Shown here piece by piece: positions 27,269 through 39,190 of a stretch of 64,000 bases of DNA (the stretch's first letter is position 1; every line of letters starts with the position of its first letter). Made by a program: the position numbers and the translations under genes. Source of the DNA: the human T2T-CHM13v2.0 reference genome, Homo sapiens. The notes below the pieces were generated by a model, which was not told where the DNA came from, did not search any database, and worked only from the letters and a program-made list of their open reading frames with translations. The stretch is from assembly GCF_009914755.1 (NCBI RefSeq), contig NC_060925.1; one strand, given 5' to 3'.

Positions 27269-27688
27269 TGTGACCATCATTGGTGATGATATTTTATCAA
27301 CTCTGATGAATGTTATCTGCGTACACAAAAGTAGTCATCCCTCTAAAAGACCTCCCCTGCAGGAACTGAATTAATGTGGTAGAAGCTTCCCTTGCTCCGG
27401 ATGGGTTTTCAGAGGTAGATGAAGCTGGTGTGCTCACAAGACATCCTACTGCAGTGAAATCATCCTGGGTCCCGAGTACAGGCTCGGGCCGTTCAAACAT
27501 ACACAATTTTAGGAGAACGTCAGTTGTCAATGTAAATCTCGTAACTACGACGCAGAGAGGAGAGGAAAGAGGCAGGCAGATGGGATTATGCAAACCGTGG
27601 CGATGCCTCGGTGTGTTGCAATGCCGCGCATTTCGTGATGTTTGTGATGCTCCTGACTTACTAATGCCCTTTTTGTGCTTCTTCATAG

Positions 27689-27760
27689 GAGAGTGGGTAC
27701 TTCTCTGCCCTGTGAATTTTGATGTGGAAATTGCCCATTGCTCTCATGTCACATTAAGAG
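27689..27760 (+). other. Candidate 72-nt internal exon (probably non-coding)
   Basis: Branch point TACTAAT (27659-27665), pyrimidine tract CCCTTTTTGTGCTTCTTCATAG, donor GAG|GTAAAA; no transcript evidence. Confidence 0.35.
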
Positions 27761-28569
27761 GTAAAATGGCATGCAAGACTACCGCTGGATATAATCTGGA
27801 TGATATACACATTTGCAGAAGTGTATGAGAACGCTTTTTGAATTTGAGAACCACAGTTCTGAGTTTATGGTATCAACGAATATTTTTTAAATGGGCTTTT
27901 GAATTTAACCTAAAATGAGAGTCTTCTCGAACACAATCTGAATCCATTAGTAGTGATTTAACATGAATTTACCGTCATCATATCATTCCGCCTGCCTCTC
28001 TGACTCTGAATCCCTTTGGCCAAGTCCATTGGCCAGATTATTATCTTGCCCTCTGGCATTTGGCAGGCATTTCTCTTCTTGGGATCATTTGATTTTTTTT
28101 TTTTTTTTTTTTTTGGCAATAGCTATTTAAAGAGTAACTCAAAATATGACTCTTGCTTTTCATTGCCTATCATTTTTGGGATTTTGTGTGGATGTGTGTG
28201 TGTGTGTGTGTGTGTCTTTTTCTCCCTCTACTCGTCCCAACAGAAACACAATGAATGGAAGGATGAGTCAGTGTGCTTCTGGAAGTGTCTTCACATTTGT
28301 TTGTTACCCTAATCAATGGATGTTAGTACAGGAATGCAACCGCTGCATTAAATTAAAGAAAAAATAAAGGTAGATAATATAATATTAAAACAAAGTCGGT
28401 ACTTACAGAAAGCACAGCTGAAGTCAGCGCCACCAGTTTGCAGGCAGGTGACACCCTTCCCTGGGAGATCCCCTGGGGGAGCACATGAGGCCGGTCCTGC
28501 TGGCCACTGGGAGGGGCTGCAGGGAGGAGGAGCACCAGCCACACTCCCTTCCCTGCCCTGCCCTTGCAG

Positions 28570-28620
28570 GGGAAGAGGGAAGCCAAGCCCAGGCTCTGCA
28601 TTAGCAAGAGGCAGAGAAAG
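28570..28620 (+). other. Candidate 51-nt exon
   Basis: Acceptor CTCCCTTCCCTGCCCTGCCCTTGCAG|G and consensus donor AAG|GTGAGT. Confidence 0.25.
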
Positions 28621-29024
28621 GTGAGTATCCTGGAGAAGGTTTCACAAAGCTACTTTTTTCTTTTTGCAGGGAGAGTCCCTATAACATAATTGGACATCAA
28701 ACAATTATGATGTTTGATATGAGAAGGAAGCAGAGTCCCTCCCATCCTCTGACACGTGCTTGTTACCTGCAGGCATATCCACGGGGACAGCTTCACCCTA
28801 CCCTTCCGGCTGGGGAGACATCGCATTTGGAGGTGACTTCATCCTGGGAAATGCTGTACCGCATGATAGGGGCCATTTGCTGGAGGAGCAGGGGGGCTTT
28901 CAGACAGCAAAGAGCTCTCTGTTGGTGCCCTCTGCACCTTGGGCACAAATCGAGATTGGATTCCTGGGGAAACTCTTTGGAATATATAAAACATAACTTA
29001 CTTTTTAAACCAATGACAGGTAGT

Positions 29025-29450
29025 TGTATCGTTATCTGACTGGAAAACAGATGGTACATTCAAATTGCGTATTTGAAAAGGACTTGGGAAAGAGACTATT
29101 GACAGAGAAATGGGCAGTGTTTGGAGAATTACTGGGATTCAGCAGCCAGCGTCTGGCCCTGAAAAGACAGAGGAGAGAGCAGTTTCTAGAACCCGGAGAT
29201 ACAGACAGAAGAATGGAGAAGGTGCCTAGCGGGGAGCTGAGATTCTCATTCAGGGGTCTCTGCCAGCCTCCAGGAGCGCCAGGAGGGAGCCGGTGGGATA
29301 AATTCCCCAGCCTCTCTCTTTCCCCTGTTTCCTGCAAGTGTGCTCTGTTGGCCAAACCCAGCGGGAAAGGCAAGAACCATAAATGCGGGGCAACCTCCCC
29401 AGGCACACAGCAGAGTGGATGAGTGGGAGGCTCAGCAGAAGGCATCCAGC
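29025..29450 (-). mobile_element. LTR33-like ERVL LTR
   Basis: GGAAAACAGATGGTACATTCAAA...GAGACTATTGACAGAG...GCAGTTTCTAGAACCCGGAG...TTGGCCAAACCCAGC. Confidence 0.6.
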
Positions 29451-29659
29451 AAGATGAGGTCTTCAGGTTCTCCCAACCCTGGACCATCTCTTCTCAGATT
29501 CCTTGGTGGAGTTTTCTTCCTCTAAAGAGCTGACGTTCTCAGGACCCCAACCTCCGCCCTTCTTTCACTCTGCAGGTTCTGATTTTGTCTTAGATTTTAC
29601 ATCAACACAAACACCCAGGCAACCCCTAAGTCTGTGTCTCCCACTTAACCCCCTCCTGA

Positions 29660-30186
<527 letters not shown>

Positions 30187-30559
30187 TGACACCCCGCCCT
30201 GTGCTGGAGTGCCGGCTCCGTTCCACTCATACTGCCTCTGTTTCCCAGTGACTTTTTTTTTTCCATTCTCCCTCAGTCATCCCTTAGCATGACCACATGA
30301 GACCACTACAGAAGCAGAGATCTGTTCATTCCTCCCTCAGGCAGGCCCCCTGCTGTTCATGAGGCCATGGACGGGGCACTTCTGGTCACGTTCCCCGAGT
30401 TCCCACTTCTGCTAAACACAGCTCAGCCACCATGTATGACAAGTTGGGCAATTCCATAAAAGTAGCTCGTTATTAATGGAAATTTAAAAATAAAATGTGG
30501 TGAATGATTCACTCTGTGAAGTTTGATTTGCACAAGGGAACTTTTTTTTTTTTTACAAG

Positions 30560-30705
30560 AGAACATTTTGGGATGACGGACATGCTCTATATCCTGATTT
30601 TGTGGGTGGATACACAGGTAAGTAAATGCACCCATCGGAATCACCCAACTGGACCCATAAAAATGGGTGCATGTTGCTGAATGTAAATTAGGCATCAATA
30701 AAGTT
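30560..30705 (+). mobile_element. Old L1ME 3' end
   Basis: GAACATTTTGGGATGACGGACATGCTCTATATCCTGAT...ATGTAAATTAGGCATCAATAAAGTT. Confidence 0.65.
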
Positions 30706-30919
30706 TTTTTAATCTTTAATTTTATTTTAAGGATACATGTGTAGGATGTGCAGGTTTGTTGCATAGGTAAACATGTGTCATGATGGTTTGTTACACCTGT
30801 TAATCCATCACCGAGGTATTAAGCCCCACATGCATTCAGTATTTATCCTGATGCTCCCCCTCCACCTGCCCCCATGGATGAAGCTGGAAGCCATTATTCT
30901 CAGCAAACTAACACAGGAA
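30706..30919 (-). mobile_element. Short L1PA 3' end with 5' inversion
   Basis: Antisense 3' UTR at 30706-30872, then sense CATGGATGAAGCTGGAAGCCATTATTCTCAGCAAACTAACACAGGAA at 30873-30919; both flanks AAAGTT(T/G)TTTT. Confidence 0.8.
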
Positions 30920-31017
30920 AAGTTGTTTTTTGTTTTTTGTTTTTGTTTTTAAGTTAGAGCAGATTCAAGGTTAGCACCAGCTCTCACATTACACTCACTC
31001 ATTGGCACTCATGCTTT

Positions 31018-31420
31018 TGTATTAGTTAGAGTGACTGACGCTAGCTGCTTTGACAAACAGCCCCCAGGTCTCAGTGGCTGTTTACCACAGGGGCTTTGCA
31101 TTTTGCTCACATCCTGGAAACTATTGTGTGTTCAAGACAACCTTTCAAGTGGTAAGTCAGGAAATCACTCTCCTCTCATTTCATCTCGTGTTTCTGCTGG
31201 GACCTCAGAGTCATCCTTGAGATCCTTCGCATCCAGCCAGTGGACCACGAGGAGAGAGAGAATCACACATTTTACAAATTGAGCCTGGCAGTGTCTGACC
31301 TCACTTCTACTCACACTCTGATGGGCAGAATGAGTCAGACGCCCTGCCCCCACACATGTCAGGGCTGGAGGCTTCCGAGAGGCAGGGAGGAGAGGAGATC
31401 TGGTTGTCAACAGGCTGCAT
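31018..31420 (-). mobile_element. Old MLT1 (J/K-like) LTR
   Basis: TGTATTAGTTAG...CTAGCTGCT..GACAAACAGCCCCCAGGTCTCAGTGGCT...TTTTGCTCACAT. Confidence 0.6.
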
Positions 31421-32079
31421 GGTCCCTGCTCTGTCTTTATAGATAGGGACATAGCAGGTTGAAGTTAGAGGAAGGTCCCCAGGAACTGCACAGAAGCTGC
31501 AGCCTATGTTATCAAAAACATATCCCCAAGTTGTGCATGCTTGTAAAATGTGTGGCATCTGCAAATGGCTGGAATGCTCTATTTCCTCATACTGCTTTGG
31601 AGGGGTGTCCTTGACCATGAATGTGCTGGGGACACAACCATCCATCCACCTGCCATGTGTCCCAGGGTGGGTTCAGGGCTGCCAGATGCCCCAGGATCAC
31701 CCCTCACTGGAAAGAGAACTTAGACAATCTGACTACTCCACAGGAGCAGGGGTGGTGAAGCTATGGGCAGAGGCAAGACCACTCGGGGCTGGCGGGGGAT
31801 AGGGAGAATCGTAAGTCCAAGCTGGAATGGAACGGTGACTGCAGGAGATTCAGCAGCATGTCGAGGACACCACCCTGTGTGTTTGGCTCTGGCAGGTAAA
31901 GGATGCAACAACCACCTGCATCCAGGGGTCTCCCTCCACCTGTCTCCACCCCCCATGAATTCCACCACTGAAAGAAACATTGGAGCCCTCCCAGAGTGTG
32001 GTACAAGGGGTGAGAAGTTTTCAGAAAGAAGATGGTGGCCACCTCCTTCTCCTTTGTCTTAGTTTTGTCAACAAAAGTC

Positions 32080-32625
32080 TACATTAATCACAGGTTGTTG
32101 TTGTTTTTCTGTATCTTATGATGTTTTGACATCTTAAAAACTTTGCTGGCTGGAAAAGACTACCCCTACCAAAGCTAGACAATTCTTAGAGACATAAAAA
32201 ACCGTAACCCTAACCCTAACCCTAACTCTATTAAACCAACAAATCTCAAGCCTATACCCCAGCCACCCACTTTGCCTAACTCTCACACCCCAAGCCAATA
32301 TTTCCCTCGCCCTAAATTATCCCAGGGCCACGTATGAGGCAACTAGAGATCACTCCTCTACAGCCCAAAGCCTGCTGGAATTACTCGAACTAGCCAATCC
32401 CAGACTGTGCCCTGTCTCACCTTTCCTGAGAAGGCCCCAGTAAAAGCCCTGGCCTAGGCTTTCCCCTTGTTTCTGACCAGCTCTGGTGCTTCCCCACATG
32501 GCCTAGGTGTTGTGATATGTCCTCTTCTCCCAGGACTTGTAAGTAATACATCTTCTTTCAATGGCATTGGACTCTGTGTCATCACTCGGTCACCTCCATA
32601 GATTAAAATCTTAAATGAAACCAGG
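32080..32625 (+). mobile_element. MER74/MER54-family ERVL solo LTR
   Basis: TTTCTGTATCTTATGATGTTTTGACATC...GCTAGACAATTCTTAGAGA...CCCAGGGCCA...AACTAGCCAATCC. Confidence 0.65.
32200..32230. repeat. Short interstitial telomeric repeat (TAACCC)3 with degenerate flanks
   Basis: AACCGTAACCCTAACCCTAACCCTAACTCTA. Confidence 0.75.
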
Positions 32626-33567
32626 ATTCATGAATCCTTCCTGCAATTCTAGTGCCATCCTTGTTCAGGAAATGTAATTCTATGAGCACTTTCTCCTCCC
32701 ACGTTCCAAAGCTAAGTGCCATGTTACATCTGGCAGAGTGTAATACACATTCTATTTACTGTCATCCTGAAATCCAATTGTTCAGCCAGATCTTTGCTAC
32801 CAACCTGCGATTACATGAAGTGTTAGAGGTACATGGTACACCACTTCCTGATTTCCTGAACAACGTGGACATTGTATTCAGGTCTAGCATCAGCGAGCCA
32901 TGAACAAAGAACAGGATGGTGTATTATTAATGAATGTACTGATTCCGCCGCACAGCTGCAGAGCTCTTGGTACTTTCAGAGCAACTGCGCAGCTTCTCAT
33001 GTGGTCCGAAAAACACCCCTGTGGGTAGGCAGAGAAGGCACTGTAATTGTTGTTAACTTATGAGGAAATAAGGACCAGAGTGTGAATTGGCTTGCCCAAG
33101 GACACACAGCTGGTCGATCACGATGCCAGGATCCACATCTGTAGCTCCTTCAGCCACATAATATTCTTCTTTTTATCTTCAGCTTGGTGTTTGCAGGCTT
33201 GTTTTGGTTTTGTTTTGCTTTTGTTCAAATTTAAGTATACACATCTACGAAAGAAGAGTGATTAAAGAAAGCTGAAAAAATACATGCAAATTAATATTTA
33301 TCTTGCTAGAAGACACTGTAGCTTTTCCTGCACTGGTGTTCTGTGACAGGATTTTTCCCCAGGCTTGCTGAGGGCCGGGCGCTGTGCTGGGGCCAGGGCT
33401 GCAGATGCACACAGAACAGATCCAGTGACAGCACCCATGGATCTTACATGGAAGAGACCCCATGACTGAATAGGAACCACACACATAATCCACACTGGGG
33501 TAAGTGCTAGTTCAAAAAGAACACAGTGCTTGTGATCATGAGAGGCAGGGACCTCACCTGTTCAGAA

Positions 33568-34016
33568 TGTGAACCCTGAAAATTTGAGACAGGTCTTGGT
33601 TAATTTAGAAAGCTTATTTTGCTGAGGTCGAGGACACGTGCCCATGACATAATCTCACGAGGTCCTGACGACCTGTGCCCAGGCTGGTCAGAGCACAGCT
33701 TGGTTTTATACATTTTAAGGAGACATGAGGCATCCATCAACATATGCAAAATGAACATTGGTTTGGTCTGGAAAGGCAGGACAACTCAAAGTGGGGAGGG
33801 GGCTTCCAGGTCACAGGTAGGTGAGAGACACACGGTTGCATTCTTTTGAGTTTCTGATTAGCCTTTCCAAAAGAGGCAATCAGATCTGCATCTATCTCAG
33901 CTAGCAGAGGGATGACTTTGAACAGAATGGGAAGCAGGTTTGCCCTAAGCAGTTCCCAGCTTGACTTTTCCGTTTAGCTTAGTGATATTGGGGGCCCAAG
34001 ATAGTTTCCTTTCACA
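33568..34016 (-). mobile_element. MER4A1-type ERV1 solo LTR within an L2
   Basis: TG...CA ends; ends CAGTTCCCAGCTTGACTTTTC.GTTTAGCTTAGTGAT.TTGGGGGCCCAAGAT..TTTCCTTTCACA; flanks AGAA/AGGA. Confidence 0.85.
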
Positions 34017-34611
34017 AGGATGTCAAGGGTGGTGTCCCGGCGAAGAGATGTATCTGCAGAGGCAGAGGGACAGAGAGCGGATGTCCGAGGGAGGGGAGAT
34101 GAGAGTGGTAGGCAGAAGGAAAGAGTGTTTCAAACAGGGAGGACAGGGTTCATGGTCCTCCTGCAACCCCAGTAGCAAGGACAGTGTGGTCCTAGAAGCC
34201 CTAAGGGTAGCCAAAAGGGCCTCAAGAAGAAAGGTGTGTGGGGTCATCAAAAGCAAGACTTCTTTGGAGGCCATGTCCAAGAACATGGCCTTTGTTCTGA
34301 GAATCGTAGGATGTCTAAGCAGATTTTAAACAAATGGGATGATACACACCATTGAAAAGCATGTCCTGGCTGCTCTGAAGCAATAGAAGGAGAAGGCAAG
34401 AGTGAGAATTAAGGATGTCCATTAGAAGGTCAAGGTCAGCATCCAGGCCAGAGTTGATGGCATCTTGGTCTAGATGACCTGGGTGCTGCAGAGGAATACC
34501 TGAAACCCTGACGTCGAGGTCATGTCTTCCCGGGGGTCCCAGGAACCTCCCTCAGACATACAGCACCCGCACAATTAACATTCAGGGGCGCTGCTCCTCC
34601 AGCTGTGCCGG

Positions 34612-34815
34612 CACATCTGCAGGGACCCTCATCAGCTCACTCGCTCTGCAGGTAATAGATAGCTCTGGAAAGGAAACTGATGTTCCAGATGGAGATGGCC
34701 AGTTTAATTTGCAGCTTCTAAATCTGTACAGATACAGTGTTCTGTCATTAAAGATTCATTTAGACTTATCTTAATAGGAAACAATATAACTCAGCCAGAC
34801 CCATAAATGACAAAT
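34612..34815 (+). promoter_or_regulatory. Copy A of an anciently duplicated non-coding element (enhancer-like)
   Basis: Core 34692-34790 aligns ungapped to 44982-45080 at 80/99; plus a 17/17 block CACATCTGCAGGGACCC. Regulatory role is inferred only. Confidence 0.5.
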
Positions 34816-35287
34816 CGCCCTCCCTCAAGAGAAATCCTAAGGCAAAAGACGTGACTTTCCATCATTTGATCCAGTAGTTAATTTCCATGTAGCTGACAGC
34901 GCTTCATGGCATTCAGAATGATGAGTGGTCTCCCTCCGGCCTTCTGTCCAATGTACTACAACTAGCAACATGGGTTGAAGCTTCATAACCAATGAGGTGA
35001 CCATTGGTACCAGCTTGAAAGAACTGGTCAGATAGTAAGTCATGGAACCAAGGGAGTTTATAGCTTATGTATCACTGATTCTATACCACCTCTTGATTTT
35101 AAGAATGAATACAACCACAAAAAGGGGGAAATGATGGAAATTCCCCAAGTTATATACACATAAAAGTGACTAAAGGAAATTCCAGCTGGGGGGCAAATAC
35201 TGGCTTCAAGGGCATCCTGGTACATTGCTTTTTTCTTGGCTTCTCCAGTTGGAAGCAGCATACTTTAGGGTAAAATATCTAGAATTT

Positions 35288-35590
35288 GAGCAGGGTATGA
35301 TGGCTCATGCCTGTAATCCCAACACTTTGGGAGGCCAAGGCGGGCAGATCACCTGAGGTTGGAAGTTCGAGACTAGCCTGACCAACATGGAGAAACCCTG
35401 TTTCTACTAAAAGTACAAAATTAGCCAGGCACAGTGGCACATGACTGTAATCCCAGCTAATCAGGAGTCTGAGGCAGGAGAACAACTTGAACCCAGGAGG
35501 CAGAAGATGCGGTGAGCCAAGATTACACCATTGCAGTCTCCAGGCCTGGGCAACAAGAGCGAAACTCCATCCCAAAAAAAAAAAAAAAAA
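35288..35590 (+). mobile_element. AluSp-type
   Basis: CCTGACCAACATGGAGAAACCC; CCATTGCA...GGGCAACAAGAGCGAAACTCC; poly-A tail. Confidence 0.93.
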
Positions 35591-35649
35591 TCTACAACTT
35601 GGAGTCATACTGATTTGACTGTGATTTCTAGCCTAACACATGCTAAAAA

Positions 35650-35870
35650 GTTAGCATAGTGAGATGTTTAAGAATATGGGACTTAGAAGCCAGCCTGGGT
35701 TTGAATGCCAATTCCAATGAACTCAGGCAAATGACTCAACTTCTAAGCCCCTGTTTCATTCTCTTAAAAAATATATAATAATAATAAAGCAGTTGATCCT
35801 ACCTCATGTCCTTGTTAGATTTAAATGATATAAGTCCTGTAAAACCACCAGGACAGTGACCAGCCTCTCA
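35650..35870 (+). mobile_element. MIR SINE
   Basis: CCTGGGTTTGAAT...GGCAAATGACTCAACTTCTAAGCCCCTGTTTCATTCTC...GATTTAAATGATATAA. Confidence 0.65.
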
Positions 35871-36549
35871 TACTAATGGCAACATTGGTGAGCACTTGCC
35901 TTTTCTGCCTGTATGATGGCACATAAATGCCTGCATTGCTTTTCTTAGTCTATCTCAGGCTAAATTAAATGTGCACAAAACACTTAATCTAGCACTTGGC
36001 AGGTGACAGTGTCAGCAACGTGACTTTCACTCCTGACTTTGTATTTGAAAGCTGGTTGAAAATTTGCCTAGTCCTGTGACCAAATAATCCCATGATTGAG
36101 AAAGCTTTTTGAACCATATAACAAAGGAACATGCTTTATTCATCAGCTAACTACTTTCCAGGATTCCAGCACTCAGACCCCGGAGTACGTTGAATGCCTC
36201 ATCTTCAATGGCAGCATCCAAGTTCAGGATTGGACAGCTGGAACCCCACAATGAATAGAAGGAACTTGGGCCCCATATTGTTTAGGCTTTTCTGGGCACC
36301 AACCACCCAATCAATTCAGGGGACCTCTCATACCGTCCTAAGCAGATAACTTGATTTAAGCCCCCAACCTGAACTCAAACCATCTTGGGCCCTGAGCATG
36401 TACGAGAGTAGTAGCAGAAGTCTTCTCTCAAGTGAGACTGGAGTGCTGAGGTCAAAGGGCTGTAAAGTCAAAAGACAGAATTGGCTGAGAAGTTTAAGTA
36501 AAACCATGTAAGTGAAAACACCAAAGGGAAGCTCATATGAATTGCAGAT

Positions 36550-37079
36550 GGATTAATTACCTATTCCTTCATATCAATAAGATCACAAACTCAATGGCTT
36601 CAAACAGTACACATCTATGATCTCATGGCTTCTGTCATCCAGGAATACAGACTCTTAGCTAGGCCCTCTGCAAGGCTGTAGTTCCAGTGTCAAGGGAGGG
36701 CTGAGTTCTCATCTGATGCTGGACTAGGGAAGGATCTGCCTCTAAGCTCCTGTGATTGTTGTTGGAATTCTGTTCTCTGCAGGCTGCCTGACTGAGGGCC
36801 TCAGTTTCTTTCTGACTGTTGACAGGAAATTTCTCTCAACATGGTCACGTGCTTCCTCCGAGCCAGCAGGGGCGTGAGGCACCTGGCAAGGCATTCAATA
36901 TTATATAACATGATCAGGTATAAGCAATTATGCTCATTCTGTTACAGCTGTGGCATTCTGTTAGTTAAGAGCAAGTCCCAGGTTTCATCCACACTAAAGC
37001 AGGGAGATTGCATAGGGAGTGATCAATAAATAGCAGGTGGGGGTCCTGGGGGTCACCTTAGAGCCAGTCTGTCTCAGCA
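36550..37079 (-). mobile_element. MLT1F-like MaLR LTR
   Basis: TTCTCATCTGATGCTGGACTAGGGAAGGATCTGCCTCTAAGCTC...ACTGAGGGCCTCAGTTTCTT...GGGGGTCACCTTAGAG. Confidence 0.7.
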
Positions 37080-38279
37080 GTGCTACCTGAAGGAGATGGC
37101 GTCTCAGAGGTCTATTCTTCCCTCCACTGGCTTGTGAGAAAATGGAAGGAAAGGATCCTGAATGTTGCATTTGGGAGAAAGGGAGTATCTGAGTCAGGAG
37201 ATTAAAACAAGGGAACAAAGAATAAGCCAGGGGCTTTAGCTGGGAAGTAAATTACATTTTTTTTTTTTGAAGAGGGAGAAATCTGCTCTTAAAGTGAATC
37301 TGTCCACTGCCTCACTGCCATGAAATTGTCCCTGAAGCATGTCCAGTAAGGAGAGGCAGCATCCAGCAGGACAGCTTGAGCATCCAGCAGAGGGGCCATC
37401 TCTGTCCATTTAGGGCACCCTGGCCCCACTCCTGACGCTACCATTCACTGCTAGAGGACCCTCAGCAAATCCCGTCCTCTCAGAGAAAGGCTGTGACCTA
37501 AGACACAGAGGGGCACCACCTGTCCAGCTGCCCCTGCTTGGGTCATTGATTGCCCCATGCAGAAAGGAAGAGAAACCTGGGGAAAACTAGCAGGGGAGCC
37601 TCTTACAGAACTCAGAGGAAGGCGATGCAGCGGTTTCTAAACTGTAGCTTATGGAAAGGGAGAATGGCACCGATGACCACTGAAGGCTCTGGGACTGCCA
37701 GTCAGGGTGAGATTTAGGAAGAGGGCTGCATGCACCCAACTTGAACTTCTGAGAGCCTCACTGAGCATTGGGGGAGCATCACTGGCTTTTTCATTTGGAG
37801 TTTGTGCACTGCTGGAGGCCCCAAGATTTCCACTGCTGAATCTGTTGTGTGCCTTTGTAATGGCACATACCTTCCATTGGGCCAAGTCCAGCACCCTCAG
37901 GACAATGCACCATGCAGGAGGGGTCCAAGATAAGGCTGAAATGACAGCATGAAGCTCCACAGCAGTATTTACCCCCTCCACTGAAAGAGGGTGTCAGGAC
38001 AGACTTAGCCATCACTCCACGTGCCCCAAAGCATGCTCCTGAAAGCATTCGGCCATGAGATGCTCAGTGGGCACCTGCAGACCTGGTAGAAGTGCATGTG
38101 GCTTCTCCCTATTGGCATTCACAGAGCACAGAGGTGTCCTGAGAAGAGAAAATATTTATTTCAAAACTTCTCCAACATATCTACACCCAGGACTTTGGGT
38201 GTTTACTGGTAACAACTGCCAATATTTCAGTAAGCTGGTGGGATAGAGGAACCACTGGGAAATGCTGACAGCCCCAGAG

Positions 38280-39190
38280 CAATTATCCATAAGTAGTCAT
38301 GGAGGGTCACTTCTGTGCCAGCCACTGCTGGGGATGAGGGGCATTCAATCATGAAAAGAACAGACAATGTGGTCCTTGCCCTTGCAGAGCTTCCCTTCTA
38401 GGGATGAAGCAATGACAAGACAAATGCACAGAGTGTGCAGGATGTTAGAGGTAAGTTTTAGGGAGAAAAGGTAAAGAAGATAGGTAGGATTGGGGCTGCT
38501 GACATTTTGAATGGGGTAGGTGGGAACACTTCGCCAAGAAGGACCTTGCTGTCTCCACCTGGAGAAAGTGAGCAGATGAGGAGGAGGCTATCTGGGGGAA
38601 ACAGCGTTGTAGGCAGAGGAGCAGCAGTGCAAAGGCCCTGAGGTAGAAGCCACCTGCAGTTCTGGAGAAGCTGCAAAGAGGCCAAGGTAGTTGAGCAGAG
38701 AAAATGAGGCATGAATGAGAATAGATGAGGTCAGAGAGGTGGTGGGAACAAGTCACATTGATTTGTCTGCCGGGTAATGGAGGGCAGAATCCTACGGGGT
38801 CTGATACGTAGTGGAGGGAGCACATCCTACAGGTTTAACAGTAACTGGGGCCAAATCCTGCAGAGTCTGATAGGTAGGGAGGACTAAATCATATAGGGTC
38901 TAACAAGGAAGGGAAGGAGCAGCTCCTGTAGGGTCTAATAATTAAGGGGGCAGAGCACATCCTGGAGCTTGATAGGTAACAGGTGCAGCTGTGTTGAAGA
39001 CTTTGGCTCTAACTGTGCTGCACGTGGTGCTGTTAGAGTATTCTGAGCAGACAGCCCTGCTGGCTGTGATCTCACTAAGGGTCCATCTAGGTATGAGATT
39101 TAGACAGGACTGCAGGAGGGACTGAGAGGGAAGAGGGCAGACTCATCAGCAGGCTGATGGTGACTCAGGCCAGGGTGATAAGAGGGCTGT
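38280..39190 (-). mobile_element. L2 fragment containing a degenerate minisatellite
   Basis: CCTTGCCCTTGCAGAGCTT..CTTCTAG; AGGCAGAGGAGCAGCAGTGCAAAGGCCCTGAGG; GATGAGGTCAGAGAGG. Confidence 0.75.
38780..38985. repeat. Degenerate ~33-36 bp minisatellite, ~6 copies
   Basis: Recurring GCA.ATCCT.(C/T)AGGGTCT(G/A)A(T/C)A..TA..GG units. Confidence 0.7.

Noticed and set aside
27590-27646. Possible pre-miRNA-like hairpin
   Set aside because: Hand-folding relies on many G-U pairs and bulges; matches no miRNA I recognise
28621-28669. GT...AG intron between a strong donor and acceptor
   Set aside because: 49 nt is below the usual human minimum intron length
34652-34774. Duplicated element read as paralogous coding exons (DGQFNLQLLNLYRYSVLSLKIHLD vs DGQFNLQFLNLQRHHVLSLNIHLE; mismatches lean to third positions)
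   Set aside because: Copy B has a TGA and a frameshift directly upstream, both copies stop after ~27 codons, similarity continues past the stops, and the counts are too small; PhyloCSF would settle it
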